Positions 39,350 through 53,255 of a DNA stretch of 56,852 nucleotides are shown piece after piece. The stretch's first letter is position 1, and every line of letters starts with the position of its first letter. The notes beneath the pieces were generated by a model, which saw nothing but the letters and a program-made list of their open reading frames with translations, did not search any database and had not been told where the DNA came from. The stretch spans positions 28,893,151 through 28,950,002 of the forward strand of contig CM119263.1 in the NCBI GenBank assembly GCA_051294375.1, given 5' to 3'. Position numbers and translations under genes: made by a program. The DNA is from Paraspadella gotoi (Eukaryota > Animalia > Chaetognatha).

Positions 39350-40185
39350 AGAAGAGATAAGATGAAAGAATGAGAATTTAAAAGATAAGAATTAGACAAA
39401 ACATGAATTTACCATCTCTCCACTTTGAGTGACGGGTAGATATTATATAGTTATATTACTCGTGCATCCCTACTTATTTTAGATAAAAAAAACTAAACAC
39501 CATCACCCGAATTCTATATAATTCATAGTTATTTTTACGAAGAAAATGCCCTTTACATATACAGGACTTTATTTTTCTGAAAAAAAAAGATGTAAAAAAT
39601 ATTTATCGAAATCTAACGGTTTTACGTACACCTCCTTACTAATAACAGTTTTCAACATTACGCAATTTTTAAACACCTCCGGCTCTTCTTGTATACGAAT
39701 ATAATCGTTTTTCTCTACGAATAATCGATTGTTTGTGTTCAAAGGAAAACACGATAGAAGTTTCTCTCGTTACGAATCCTCAGAGCGAGGAAGAAGGGGT
39801 GACGGAGAGGCGGCGGTGTAGATAAGTGAATAGTGATAGGGGAGAGAAATGGCGGTAGTTGTGTGAGAGGATATCCTGAGAGAGAGGACTGAGAGATGAA
39901 GATGCCCAGAGAGAGAGGAGAGAGAGAAGCAATGAGAGAGAGAGCAGAGAGAGAGAGAGAGGAGAGAGAACAAAAAAGTTTGGGCGCCGGAAGACGTGGC
40001 AAAAGCTAACATACGAGATAGGATCGAACCGCTAAACATAAAAGGTGCAATGGTTCGATTTGTCAATATATACACGAATAAAAAATGAATCAAAAACGGA
40101 TAAAATGAAGCAAAAAAAGACAAACCCGAAATTGATCACGATGTTAGAGTAATCCTAATATTCTTTTTGCTCATTTAAAACGAAA

Positions 40186-40274
<89 letters not shown>

Positions 40275-41779
40275 CGTATCTTGAGGAAAAATTAATTTAA
40301 TCTTCTCTGCAATCGATGTAAATTTTGAATGTAATTTGAAAAACTAGAAAATCAGATTCTAGCACGTGCAGCCACCTACAAACCATTTCTCCAAGATTAA
40401 GCAAAAAGTAACTTGAACTTAAGTAATAGTCGACACTACTTTGTTAACCAGGCGTGAAATTTTGCTGACGACCAGAAAAAACCCCGATTACCTCGGGTGG
40501 ATCCATTGTGCGACGAATCATCGGAAAAAAGTCTCGCATCTTTTTCCAGCCCAAAATTCCTTTTTGCCAAAATCCACGAAGGATGGATAAATGGGAGGAT
40601 TTTGAAACGACAGACAGATGAAGACGTACGACGCACCGATGAATGAACGTACGACAGATGAAGACGATATAAAAGATACGTACGATGAAGATCGAACGGC
40701 ACCGAATGACAACAAGAAAACTAAAAACGTTACGATTGAACGACGACAGACATGAAGAAATGTGTATCGTCTAGGAATTGCTTCCCCAAGACACCTCGAG
40801 CCGCTCGCACACGACGACGACGAAAAGACAACGACGAACGACGAACGAAGAACAACGAACGACGAAACGAAACGAAGACTAAGACGACCGACCGACTGCG
40901 GCCATCGTATTCATCCACTTGAAAATCCTTGTAAGAAGATTTGAAGAAACCCATTTCCAGTTTCGTCGGAATCGAAGGCTGACGTCAGAAAGAAGAGTGA
41001 GGAAAGAGATTGGGAGGTGGGTAAGGCGAGTTGAAGGCGGTGGGGAGGGGGGTGCAAGGGGTTGGGAGGTGGAGAGGGGCGGTGGGGAGGTGGAAGGGTA
41101 AAAGGGGGTGAGGAAAGAACGCAAGACGGGGTGGTGAAATAAAGAGGGGTAAAAAGGAGCCTGAGGAATTGAAGAGGATGGTAATCACAAATAACTCATA
41201 GTAACGGGAGTTGTGACATATCTGGAGGTGTAATGTGAGTTGTAATGAAGTTGGACGTTGGTTTGATGTGAATTGGAAGATGAATAATAAATCGGTTGAG
41301 TGAGAGAAAGATGCAGAGTAAAATATGTCCCGTGGGGGAGGTTAGCCGAGGTTCTGACTTGAAAAGTTTAAATTACAGAACATAAATGAATAGAAAATCT
41401 CCTGTTTTCTTTCATTCGTCTTTTTATTTGTCGAGCTCCCCAAAAATTATCAAATTTGATATAGGGTGCGCGTCGGCAATCTGTCGGAGCCGGCATCCGG
41501 CGTCGCGCGCCATCTGCTCCGACGACGCCGCCCTCTCACCGGCGGATCAATTTTCTTTCAGCGCCGAGGTGTCGCTTCCACCGAATCGGCGCCTCCCCGA
41601 AATTCAATTCCTGAATTTCTCCTTCAAAAATTTTTTTTTTGTTCTTATTTTTTCCGGAATTGAAGGAATAAATCGTGGAACTGATCCGGTTTTAAGCGAA
41701 GTTCGTTCCACCTGCGAATTTCGTCGCGAAGATTTCGACAGAAAAATGAACCGTGAAGAACGTGATGTGACGCTCGGTA

Positions 41780-41950
41780 GGAACGAACGAACGAAAGAAT
41801 GAACGAACAAACTAACGGAACGAGCGAACTAAGGAACGATACGAAGGAAGAACGAAAAGGAACCAACGAGAAGCGAACGAACGAAGAACGAACGAACGAA
41901 CGTAACGAACGAACGAACGAACGACCCGAAGCGAATTTACGGGAACGAAC
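41780..41950. repeat. (GAAC)n tetranucleotide tract; copies at ~42985-43070 (inverted) and 56580-56660
   Basis: Read directly. Confidence 0.9.
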
Positions 41951-44249
41951 GGAAACAAAGACGCTAGAAATTATGATTTTTGAAACTTTATGTACCCTTT
42001 ATTAAAATATATATCAGTCGATCCGTCTTGTTATGGACTGAAAAATTGGAATCGATAATTTCATGCATTTGTTTTGTTCATTTTTTAAAGCTTTTTTTGT
42101 CAGTTTTTTGTTCGTCACACAAATCATAAACAAAATTTTCTGTTTGGCGGCTCGCTGCCTGCTCAGGCTATTCAATCATCGTTCGAAAACTGTTGACTGA
42201 CCGTACACACGAGTAGCACGTTTTTGTTCGGAGTTTCGGCTTAATTATTTTTTTTCTCAGTTGAAATGAAATTAAGGTACCAACAACCATCAAATCCAAT
42301 TTCTAATTTCCTCATCTGTTGCGCTTATTCCTATTTCCGAATTATTAGCACGCTACTGCCTATCTGACGTCCTGGCTCTATAAATAGAATTGTAGCGCAA
42401 TCATCTGTGAACCGAATCTTAAGGATAGGTACAAACTATGGATTTTGTTTAAATGTTAATTCGTAAAAAGTAAAATGACTTTAAATATAAAATCTGTAAG
42501 ACTCTAAATAAAGAACTCTAAACAAGGCGACATGGAGGGGAGCTAACATTCTTAGCATATCGTGTCGGCGACTCTCTCGAGTTCAGGAGGAGGAGAGAGT
42601 CTCCTCTCTCAGACAGAAGAGTAGTTGATCGACCTCACGACGATTCAGGCAGGCGCACAGTTACTAGTCAGAGAGAGAGAGAGATCTCTACTCGTCAGTC
42701 ATGCCAGTAGTGAGGGAGCAGTAGGCATTTGTAGGAGGATTGCAGAAGATGAGATCCAGTCCGTTCTCCCAGATGGGTACCCAGTCGAACGAATGAAGGC
42801 ATGAAACTGAAAATTTTTTGTTGTTTTGTTTTCGATCGCGAAACAAAACTGACAAAAAATTAACAAACAAATTGTCCATGCAAAATTCGATTCAAATTTT
42901 AGGTCATCAAGACGTAAATATTTTAAAGTCTAGTTAAATCATATCGGCTTGATTCCGTTCCGTTTCGTAAAATTCCGCTCGGGGTCGTTCGTTCGTTCGT
43001 TCGTCTCGGATATCCTTCGTTTCAGTTCGTTCGTTCTCGTTGTTACGTGTCGTTCGTTCCTTTCGTTAGAGAGAGGTGCCTTAGAGCAGTATGCACAGGA
43101 GATGTCAGTTCCTTAGTTCGGCTCGTTCCGATAGTTGTGTTTCGAGATTACAGAGAGTAGTCTACTTATCCGATGATGAGAGTCGTTGCCTACCGGCGTC
43201 AACAGTACACGTCTACGTTCAGCAGGTATCATGTAGTTTTTCTGTTCAGAGAAATCTCGCGACGAAATGTCGAAGTGGGAAGACGAACGATCGCATAAAA
43301 CCGAGACTCAGTAGTCCAAGGAAGATGAATATTAGCCTATCGAATGCCGGAGAGAGAGAAACAGAGAGCAAGAAAAAAAAAACAAGCAACTTTGAGTTGA
43401 CCAACAAATCCAATAAAATGCCATGTTCTCACGAGGAGGGGCTTCGCCAAAGAGCACGGCGGAGGGATATGAGGCAGCAGCAGGCATATTTTCCCCAGCA
43501 CATGAATTATCGTCCGGAGGCCGTCCTCGATATCTCGAGGTGGCCTTCCTCAGCCCTTAATTGTATTCTAGGGGCGGGGTGGGGGTTACGACTTCCGCAC
43601 CTATCACCGCGGGCGGGGAAGGATCTGTGATGCGTGAGAAAGGAAGTTAAAGGGTAAAAGAAAATGAAGTGTTACCAGGTGAGGAAGAACAAGTCGAGGG
43701 GTAGAGAGAGAGGCGGAGAGAGAGGCAGAGGGGGTTTTTGACTCGGTAAAGCAGAGAGGCGAATTTAAACGTTTAGTGAGACGATAGAAGTGATTGGAGG
43801 AATCATCGGAGGAAAAAGCACAGTGGTGATTTCTTCGATTTTGCAGATTGGTCGTCTTACCTGGGAGCGCGGCTGAACCACTTTTTTCTCCTTGCCTGTT
43901 CCTGCCTTCCCGACCTCTAGATGCCTCCTCTCGTCCACTTTCCACTGTCCCCCTCTCTCACTTCTCTCTCGCTCTCTCGCATCCTCCCGATAGTTATTAA
44001 CTCACCGAAAATGGTGAAATCCTTAGAATTCTGGTGGCGGTTGCGGCCACCTGACAAATTCTCAATCTATCGAGTCAGGAAGAGGACACACTACACAAAT
44101 TTATAAAGCTGCTTCTTCTCGCCTCAATCTCTATCTCATTTTTTATACCTCTTCCTTCTTTTTTGCTCCTCAATTTCTTAAACTCTTTATTTCTTTTTTT
44201 CTAAAAGTCTTAATACATAACCTTCATCCTAACCTTCCCTCTTCTATCT

Positions 44250-44940
44250 TGAGTGTCTACCTATCACTTATATCATTTTCTCATTCCTCTTCCCTCTTGC
44301 TCATCCACTCTCTATCCTTCATTCTTCCCTTCTTCTTATCTCACCTGTTCAACTTTATCTACTCCTACCTTTAACACTTCTCTCACCTCCTCCAATTTCC
44401 CTCCTACTCTCTACACATCTTCTCTACTACACTCTGCTCTCACCATCACTCATCTCTTCTCTCCTTGTCAACTCATCCTTTCCACTCACTTTCTACCTCT
44501 CCCCCAGATTGTCTCATCTAACCCTTCTCCCCTCTCTCCTCCTTCCCCGGTGGATGCGAGCATTCCCTCTCAACGAGAATTGTGGAATGCCGTCCAGTGT
44601 TTACCGGTGAAGTAGATCCATATCGTCCCTCTATTACCAGGAAGGACCAGCTTACTCTTTTCTATTTAGGCCACTATCTCTTTCTCTTCTGCGCCCTCTA
44701 TTCACTGTCTATTGTATGGAGAAAGAATATCAAGTATTCTTTGCGACCCCCCTTTAAAGAAGTGAAATTCCTCTAATTTAAGAAAATATGTAAAGAGAAT
44801 ACAAAAACTAATAAGAACGCACAATAAATGATAAAAAAATGCGGAGAAATTAAAATAGATATGAGAGTAAAAAGCAGACAACGTATTTCATCTCTCCATC
44901 CCTCGCCTTTGTCTTCTGTGTTGTTGTCTTTTTTTTTCTT
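44250..44940. repeat. Noisy inverted copy of ~55310-55900, inserted in the right arm of the fold-back
   Basis: cctctcaacgaga (44566) versus tctcgttgagagg (55636); ctcttttctatttagg (44655) versus cctaaatagaaaaagag (55563). Confidence 0.8.
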
Positions 44941-45982
44941 TCCTCACACCCTTTTACCCTTCCCCCCCGCCCACACCTCCCACGCCCAAAGCCCACGCTT
45001 CCCCCCGAAGATCCAGACGACCTCACCGACCACCATCTTGCTCCGACCCTTCGTGTATCCCAGCGCACCCCCCGCAACTTGCCATCCTGTCCGTGTACAC
45101 ACTCCTACCCGTTAGCTCCGCCGCATCTAGCCCCACACGAGGTATTCGTATACCCCCACGGACCGCTGATCCACGGCCGACGCCGCCCTCCATAGACCAG
45201 CTCCGGGCTCGACGGCACGAGCTACATAGTCCCCTTCCACCTCCCACCGCCTTCCACCCCCCCTCCCCCACCGCCTTCCACGCCATCCCCTCCCAATCTC
45301 TTTCCTCTCTTCTTCTGACGTCAGCCTTCGATTCCGACGAAACTGGAATTTCTTTTCAAAAAAACTCAAGATTTTCAAAGTGGTGAATACGATGGCCGAG
45401 TCGTCGGTCGGTCTTAGTCTTCGTTTCGTCGTCGTCGTTGTTCTCGTACGTCGTTCGTCGTTTGTCTTCGTCGTCGTCGTGTGCGAGCGGCTCGAGTGTC
45501 TTGGGGAGCAATTCCTAGACGTACAACCATTTCTTCATGTCGTCGTCGTCATTCGTCGTTTCTAGTTTTCTTGTTTGTTCTTTCGGCGTAGTCTTCATCG
45601 TCGTCTTATTCTGTCTTCACGTCGTCGTCGTCCTTCAATCGTCGTCGTCGTCTTCATCGTCCGTATCGTTCAAAAATCCTTATCCATCCTCGTTATTTTG
45701 GAAAAAAGAATTTGGCGGAAAAAGATGCGACTTTTTCGATGATTCGGTCGCACAATGGATCACCCGATGTATTCGGGGTTTTTTTCTGGTTAGAAATTGT
45801 AACAGTTTGGAATTATTGATTATTTGTATCTGGAAATGGAGTTTTTCAAATTAGCATTCAAAATACATCGATTGCAGAGAAGATAGTTAATTTTTCCTCA
45901 AGATAGCGAATCTCTCTCTCTCTTCTCGTCTCTCTCTCCCTCTCTCCTCTCTCTCTCTCGTCTCTCGCGGTCCTCCTCTCTG

Positions 45983-46015
<33 letters not shown>

Positions 46016-46947
46016 TTTTAAATGAGCAAAAAATATTAGATCAACGTGATTTCATTTCGGTTGTTCTTTTTTTGCTTCATTTTATCCGTTTTGATTTCAT
46101 TTTTATTCGTGATAAATCGAACCATGAAACATTTTGTTTGCGTACGATCGTATTTACGTTTGCCCCCAATTTTTGTTCTCTCTCTCTCCTCGTCTCTCTC
46201 TCTCATCTCTCTCTCCTCTCTCTCTCCTCTCTTCTTCTCTCTTCTCTCTCTCCTCTGCTCTATCTGCTCACAACTACGCCATTTTCCCTATCACTATTCA
46301 CTAATCACAACCCGCCCTCCGTCACCCCTCTTCCTCCGCCTCTGAGATTCGGGAAAGAGAAATTCTTTGTTTTTGACTTTTTGCACACAAAAACCAATCG
46401 ATATAAATACAGTAAAAAACACGAATATATTAGTAAGAAGACGGTTATAAAAAATTCGTAAGTGAAAACTGTTATTAGTAAAGAGCGGTTGTACGTACAA
46501 AACCCTTATTCGTAATTTTACTATTTTTTTCAAAAATAAAGTTGGTATTTGAAAGGCTTTTTCTTCGTAAAAATAACTATGATTTATGAATTCAGTGATG
46601 TTTAGTTTTTTTCTAAAGTTAGATGAGTATATATATATAATTCTACCCGTCACTCAATGGTAACATGTTTTTATTTTCTTATCTTTCTTTATTCTTCTCT
46701 CCTCTCTTCTCCTCTCCTGCTCTCTCTCAATACATCAATCTCTCTCTCTGCAATCCTCGTCGGAGTGAGATTAGGAGTTCTCAAGGTCGAATACAGAATC
46801 TCTTTCTCTTCTTTTTTTCTTCTCTTTCTTGGCTACTTACATTTTCAGAGCTTCGGAGTTTTTTGAATTTAGCCGATACTCGCGTGTGCTCTGATCAATC
46901 AATTTCGTTTTTAAAGATCATTTCCGGACAACTACTTTTTTCTACCG

Positions 46948-47045
<98 letters not shown>

Positions 47046-47239
47046 AAGCCCGTTAAATTTATTCACAGAAATGAAAAAAAAAAAACGGATTTAGGATTAT
47101 ATATCAAGGCACCACTATTTCTGAGAGATGATGAGTATGTGGAGGAGGAATAACATCTTTATGTTTCTACATATATGATCGCTTCTCCTCTTCTCTTAAC
47201 CTCTTCTTCATTTCTTTTCATCTCTCTCTCTCTTCTCCT

Positions 47240-49195
47240 GCCTCTCTCTCTTTCTCTCTCTCTTCTCTCTCTCTAACACTGCTATGAATATCAGATGCTC
47301 ATCACGTAACAAAGCGTGTTTCTTTTTTTTCGTATATTTGCAGCTAAACGCGTAGGTTCGAGATGCGAGGTCTCGAAAATTATTTATAGTTTTTTTATTG
47401 CGAGAGGCGTTTTAGCGCTTCGGCTTCGGTAACGAATGCTGGTAATGCTAATTACTAGTAGTTTTATAGGAATATGGAGCATATGTGCTTACTTTGTAGT
47501 TTGTTCTTAACACTATTACGCTCTTATCAAGCATGTTTTTTTCCTGACTCAGCTCCTTATCTGCTCCTCGGCATCAGTTTTTCTCTTCTTTTTTCACAGG
47601 TACACAGGGAACCTGTTGTCAAGACTTGCATGGCAAGAAGGTCGGAAAATAACGTACGATGATATGGCGAGTATCGAGAACATCAGATCAACAATGAAAA
47701 GAAGCACAGTACACAAACGACAGTATGAGGTTATAGTAATCATAAAGATAGGTTTATTTATATGTTTAATTTACTTATCGATCATTACTTCTTCAGTTAG
47801 CTTTCATTATTTATATTAAATCGACGTCAAACATGAATTTATTCCTGCGATTTTATTTACTAAGTTCATAACATCTATTTTTTTTTAGATTAACAAGGAA
47901 GAGATAATATATTACTTTACAATTATTACATAGTACGATGTTGAATAAGCTGTATCTAGACACAATTCATTAGAATGTGAGGCCTGACCTTCTTTTCGCA
48001 TGAGTCCTTGTCGCTTTCTAGGCTTATCTTTTAGATAAGCACAAAACGTAAGCATGAGAGCATGAGTGAACATGAAACCTAACAATGGTGTCTGTTAAGG
48101 ATCATTCGATACACGATAACAGATGAACAATATCGACGCAAGTAGTTACTATGGTCGTATATTTCTTCTATGCTCCCTTGCGTATATAATTATATAGGTC
48201 TTGATCATAATATTTGTGTACGTAAGTTATATAGGTGGACCGTTTTCGTCTTCGGTTCCAGATATGAGACTATGTAGATGCATAGCGTACTATGGAGCGG
48301 AACAAATTATAGTGAGATAGTAAACCTAAGACATAATGACTAAATAGCGAGTTGAGTTGAACAGTAGATGTTCGAGGTGAGGTTCAGGTACAGTATGCAT
48401 GTAGTCAATAGTATTGTTCTTTCAGATTAATGGATTTAACGGAAGGCGAGAGCAAGAGATATAGATTCATGGTGGTATTGAAGACAATTATAGCAGTCCC
48501 GCGTTACACAATTAACCTAAGGAGTGTAGTTGACGTCGGAAGCTGAGGGCAAGAGGGTGAGATATAGGAGGTTAGGAGTGTAGGTGGTATGTGAAGGTAG
48601 GAGGAGCGGACGACAGAATAGATGACATGTCGTCAATGAGTAGGCAAATAAACTCTGACGAAACAGGAATAACGAACCCGGGATTTCATTTTGGCTGACT
48701 CGAGAGGAGATGATAAGATATCTCGATAGGTGACTATATCCTGTTATCATCACAGTAGAAAAATAAAATATAACCGAGAGTCTATAGAGTTCGACCCGTT
48801 TTTAGTCCCAGTGAGAATTGTTTAAAGAGCGAATGAGAGGAGGAATTGAGAAGTCGAAGGATTGAGAGAGAATCGTATGAGTATGAGCCCGAATTAGAGG
48901 AAGTGAGATGATGGAGAGAATGTTATGAATAGTAGTTACGTAGAACCTCCTGTACTCTTTTGAGTCCAGTATCGCGCGAATCTCGATATCTATGCATCTA
49001 GCCTGCAATCTGTTTATCTTTGGATTCAACGACGACGACGACGACGACGAAGGCAATCGAGCGCCCAATGCTTGGTTCGACCAATGAGGAATGCACGGTT
49101 GGTCATTCGCTAATGGGTTTACTTTTCTCGCCAAATTTCTTTCGCACGAGTCTTTGCATTCCTAGTTCACTTCGAGCATCTCTGCCATGCTAGAG
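47240..49195. repeat. Noisy inverted copy of ~53510-55170
   Basis: For example ccaatgcttggttcgaccaatgagg (49066) versus cctcattggtcgaaccaagcattgg (53628), and gaggtctcgaaaat (47367) versus attttcgagacctc (55046). Confidence 0.88.
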
Positions 49196-49439
49196 TGTAG
49201 AATTATTTATAGTTTATTTCTTATGTTTAAAGAGACATTATCTTTTTGTATAGACTTTAATAGTTGTCTTTTTGTTTTCCCGATGACGTAGGCAGATTTC
49301 TGGAACATGTCTCCGTGACGAATTCATAGAATAACTCAGATGTTTCTCCCTGCCTATTTTGATTCTCACAATGTTGTTTTAGCAGTCAGCAATTTAGTCT
49401 CGATGTCTGCGAAAAACTCTTTTTTCGTTTTCTTGTGGT

Positions 49440-49611
49440 AAGTGTTTGTCTTTCTATTTGTCTTTTATATTTGTTTTTTATATAGTTTTGTTTCTTTTGT
49501 TGTCGTTTGGTATCTTTTTTGTTTTTTTTGGTCTGTTTTGATTTTGTTCTGCGTTTATTTGTTTTTTTCTTTTTATTTTTCTTTTTTTTTTTTGTTTTTT
49601 TTTTTTTTTTT

Positions 49612-49649
<38 letters not shown>

Positions 49650-49754
49650 GTTTTTTTTTTTTTGTTGTGGTGCTTGATTGGTTGGTTGAGCGTTGTGTTG
49701 TTTTTTGCGATTTTTTTGTTTTTTTTTTGTTTTTTTTTTGTATTTTTGTGTTGT

Positions 49755-49801
<47 letters not shown>

Positions 49802-49994
49802 GTTTTTTTTTTTTGTGTGTTTGTTTTTTTTGTTTTTTTTTTTTTTTTGTTGTTTTTTTTTTTTTTTTGTTTTTGTTTTTTTTTTTTTTTTTTTGTTTGG
49901 GGGTTCTTTTGTGTTTGTTGCGTTTTTGTGTTTTTTTTTGTTTTTGTTTTGTTTTTGGTTGTTTGGTGTGTTTTTGTGTTGTTTTGTTTTGTTG

Positions 49995-50026
<32 letters not shown>

Positions 50027-50027
50027 C
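49440..50027. repeat. Poly-T/TG low-complexity tract, probably low-quality read sequence
   Basis: About 590 bp of long T runs with scattered G and C, between a noisy duplicated block and the retrotransposon. Confidence 0.85.
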
Positions 50028-50363
50028 AGATGGGATCGTATCCCCTTAACATTGCTAATATTTTATGCCTTTTTAAAGATGGAATTTTATCTCTTTGGAT
50101 TTCTATAAGCCAGGTATTGTTATTTGAACATGTTATATTTGTAAATGGTTAAAGTATTAAAAGGTTATATTTGTTTTACAGTTAAGCTTCTTCTACTTCT
50201 TCTTCTTCTCTATTCTATATGTCATTCGCCTATGTTACTAATGATACCAGTGTCTATCATGTCCTATATCAATTATGTCAATAAACGAGGTTATGATATA
50301 TTTGGATGCTTACGGCTCGAACTATTGAGAATGAGGCATAAATAAGTTTATAGGAATTCCACA

Positions 50364-50430
50364 TTCTCTTAACTGGTTGCATTCTTTTAACTTGTTTGCA
50401 ATCTCTTAACTGGGTTGCGATTCTCTTTAA
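50364..50430. repeat. ~19-20-bp tandem repeat x3 upstream of gag
   Basis: tctcttaactggttgcat / tcttttaacttgtttgcaa / tctcttaactgggttgcgat. Confidence 0.65.
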
Positions 50431-50748
50431 ATATGACATCAAGTCTCATGACCGAGATGTGAGAAATGAGATTCGTGAGACTCATTTAGTTTCCAATATT
50501 GAAAAGCTTACTGCAATATGCAGGATGGAAAGATCGGCATCAGTGACAATCTTAAAGTTGCCTTACTGCTCTTGGAAGAGATTAAGAGTGCAATAAGTCG
50601 TTTAACTTTGTTTTCATAATAACCCCAAAGTCTTGATCCAGATGCCAGAAGAAATCTTCACGAAAATTATTATAGCAAACAAACTTAAACTGAGTATTTT
50701 TGAAAGGGTTTTTGGAACTCGAATCAAGGAGCTCTACACCTGACTCTA

Positions 50749-52837
50749 ATGTCTTCCGTCTCTTCAGCGCCGACTATAGTAGGGGATGATTCCTTACCTC
50801 CACCGGCTCCTACTCGGTCAACGGCGCCAGTTCAGTGAGATCACTTCTATTTCTTCTAGTTTGCACCCACGCTTACTCCATGAGCGCCGATAGCGCCGCT
50901 ACTCAGGGTTGACTAATATAACATCATTAAATATAGATGAAGATGATGCCCGTAGTATGATAGTACAATTTCGACTGCCTCTGGAAGGATTCGAACATGC
51001 TCAGCCAAAGCAAGTTGCAGCAGAAGTCAAAGCAACTCGAGCAAAAGAGCTCAAAAGGCAAAGAATTGAAAATCGAACCAGATTGTTTCAATTACAACGG
51101 GAACAAGAACTCCTGCGATTGGAAATGGAGGAGACAAAAAAAAATAGCCGAAGCTGAACCGAGGTTGCAGCACAACGTGCCTTCTGTTCGGTTCTATCCA
51201 CTAATGTCAGTGAAGTTTCTCTAAATCCACCGTTGCAGGTTAAGCTCAGCAGATATTGTTTCTAGATATCTCAGTGATACTACTCTTCCATACATACTCA
51301 GGGAAGAGCCATACACCTGTTCCTCTCACATTGTTTGACACTACAGTTTCTGCTGCATCTGTATTGAATACAACTTCCAATTCCATTTTTCCCTTACAAC
51401 AACGTTTACAATCTTTGTCCTTAGTACCTGCTCCATCTGCTCCTTACCTTACGGTCCCTTCTGATTTCAATCAACCTCATCATCTCGTGTTCAAACTACA
51501 TTAGTTTCTGCAGTGCTCCTTCCATCACCTCTCATAACAACATAAACCCAATTTCGTTGCCTTTGCCTAATCTTTCATAACATCACTTCGTCATTATCTC
51601 CCCATGTCACAACAGCTCCACAAAATGTTACTCTCCTTTATTCTCTAGTCCTCTTAACGCAAATGTCCACAACCTCAGCTAATTCAAATACGACTCCATC
51701 TACATCAGCTGACTGCTATGAAGCTCTTATCGGCAACCAAAAGTTGTCAAAACCGTCCAACAGAGAGTTGCGCTGGAGTGGAGATTCATTTACGCTACAT
51801 GAATTTTTAATGAACTTTGAAAATGATGTGGAGATGTTCGTGGAGTGGACGATCGCAGAGAAAGTTGACGGAACTGTTCAAATGGGTCAAAGGTCCTGCC
51901 TTGAAGCATTAGGCCACTGAAAAAACTGGAAGACCCGAGATATGCCCTTCAAATGGCAAAAGCCAAGTTCCACGAGGTTTGGGGCCTACAGCAGAACGCC
52001 TCTGATGTTTTAAGAAAAGTTTTGCGCGGCGGGCCAAATCAAGTCAAAAATTCGGTTTCATTTGGAATCTCGTTTGGCTCATAAAGATGCATACTGACTG
52101 CATTAAAAGCTGGTGATTTTGTCCACCTTACCTCCATTGAATCAATGCGGAAAGTTGTCAAATTAAAGTGCCTTTTCTGGAGAACAAATGGAAAGTGATT
52201 ATGCATATAAAATTGGAGCATAAGTTATCTCAAAAGTAACATATAATACTTAGTCGAATTTCTCAAAGGACTTTGACAAAAATTGTCTTCTACCTTTGGC
52301 TCTAATGTCATGTCCACTGTCCAAGAGGAAAAACAAACAAATGAACAAAGAGCAAAAATCGCCTTTGTCAAAAAATCGTTCTCATCAGCAGGCATTGAAA
52401 ACAAAATCTAATGATGGTAAGCCACCAGCACCCAAAGTGCGTTTGCTGTGACAAGATCATGCATTTATGCTTGTCCTGATTTTAAAAGATGAGGTTGCAT
52501 CTAGATTGGAATTTGTCAAGAGAAAAGGTCTTTGCTATCGCGATTTAGGTCGCCATTTGAGAAAAAACTGTAAGTCCGATAGAAAATGTAAAATCTGTGA
52601 TAGAGACTCTCATCATACTTTATTACATATTGTTCAAAAAGAAGAACAAAAATCCGAATCGACTTCAACACCAGCAGCTACGTCATCGGCTCCTGCCACA
52701 ACTTTGTCCAATGGGAGCACCTTTGTTGATTATGGTAAAAACATCGTCAGTGTTGCTATTCGTGCCATGAACCCAAAGACAGGAAAATCTGTTGAGACCT
52801 ATGCCTTAATAGAAATTCTGGCTCTAATCGTACATGT
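50749..52837 (+). mobile_element. BEL/Pao-superfamily LTR retrotransposon, gag and start of protease, multiply frameshifted and truncated by a gap
   Basis: Fragments occur in the expected order. Coiled-coil segment (AAEVKATRAKELKRQRIE..LQREQELLRLEME, ~51010-51150). Capsid-like segment (WSGDSFTLHEFLMNFENDVE, ~51770-51830, then EKLTELFKWVKGPALEA in a shifted frame). Pao-type zinc knuckles RLEFVKRKGLCYR..GRHLRKNCKSDRKCKICDRDSHHTLLH (~52500-52630). Protease start SVETYALI followed by ga(aa)ttctggctctaatcgtaca, which reads DSGSNRT after removing two extra A. Confidence 0.88.
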
Positions 52838-52862
52838 NNNNNNNNNNNNNNNNNNNNNNNNN

Positions 52863-52895
<33 letters not shown>

Positions 52896-53255
52896 AAAGA
52901 AAGAAAGAATAAACATGTTACCCACTTTGAGTGACAGTAGATATTATATATTATATTACTCATCTACTTTAGAAAAAAACTAAACATCACTGAATTCATA
53001 AATCATAGTTATTTTTACGAAGAAAAGCCTTCACAATACACTTTATTTTGAAAAAATAGTTAAAATTACGAATAAGGGTTTTTACGTACAACCGCTCTTA
53101 CTAATAACAGTTTTCACTTACGAATTTTTAAACCGCTTTTTACGAATATAATCGTTTTTACGAATAATCGATTGTTTGTGTTGCAAAAAGTCAAAACAAA
53201 GAATTTCTCTCTTCGATCTCAGAGCGAGGAAGAGGGGTGACGGGAGGGCGGGTTT
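52863..53255 (+). repeat. Direct copy of ~39300-39820 (inverted relative to ~46300-46720)
   Basis: Shared ccactttgagtgac, atagttatttttacgaagaaaa and ctcagagcgaggaagaggggtgacgg. Confidence 0.88.

Larger units (their letters stand above)
38945..47095. repeat. Fold-back (inverted) duplication centred near 42200-42780
   Basis: Reverse-complement matches: 41930-42200/42780-43020, 40730-41100/45230-45560, 39420-40340/45840-46655, 39140-39250/46840-46950, 38945-38990/47045-47095. Confidence 0.9.

Noticed and set aside
49442-50152. 236-aa Phe-rich membrane-protein-like ORF
   Set aside because: Translation of the poly-T low-complexity tract.
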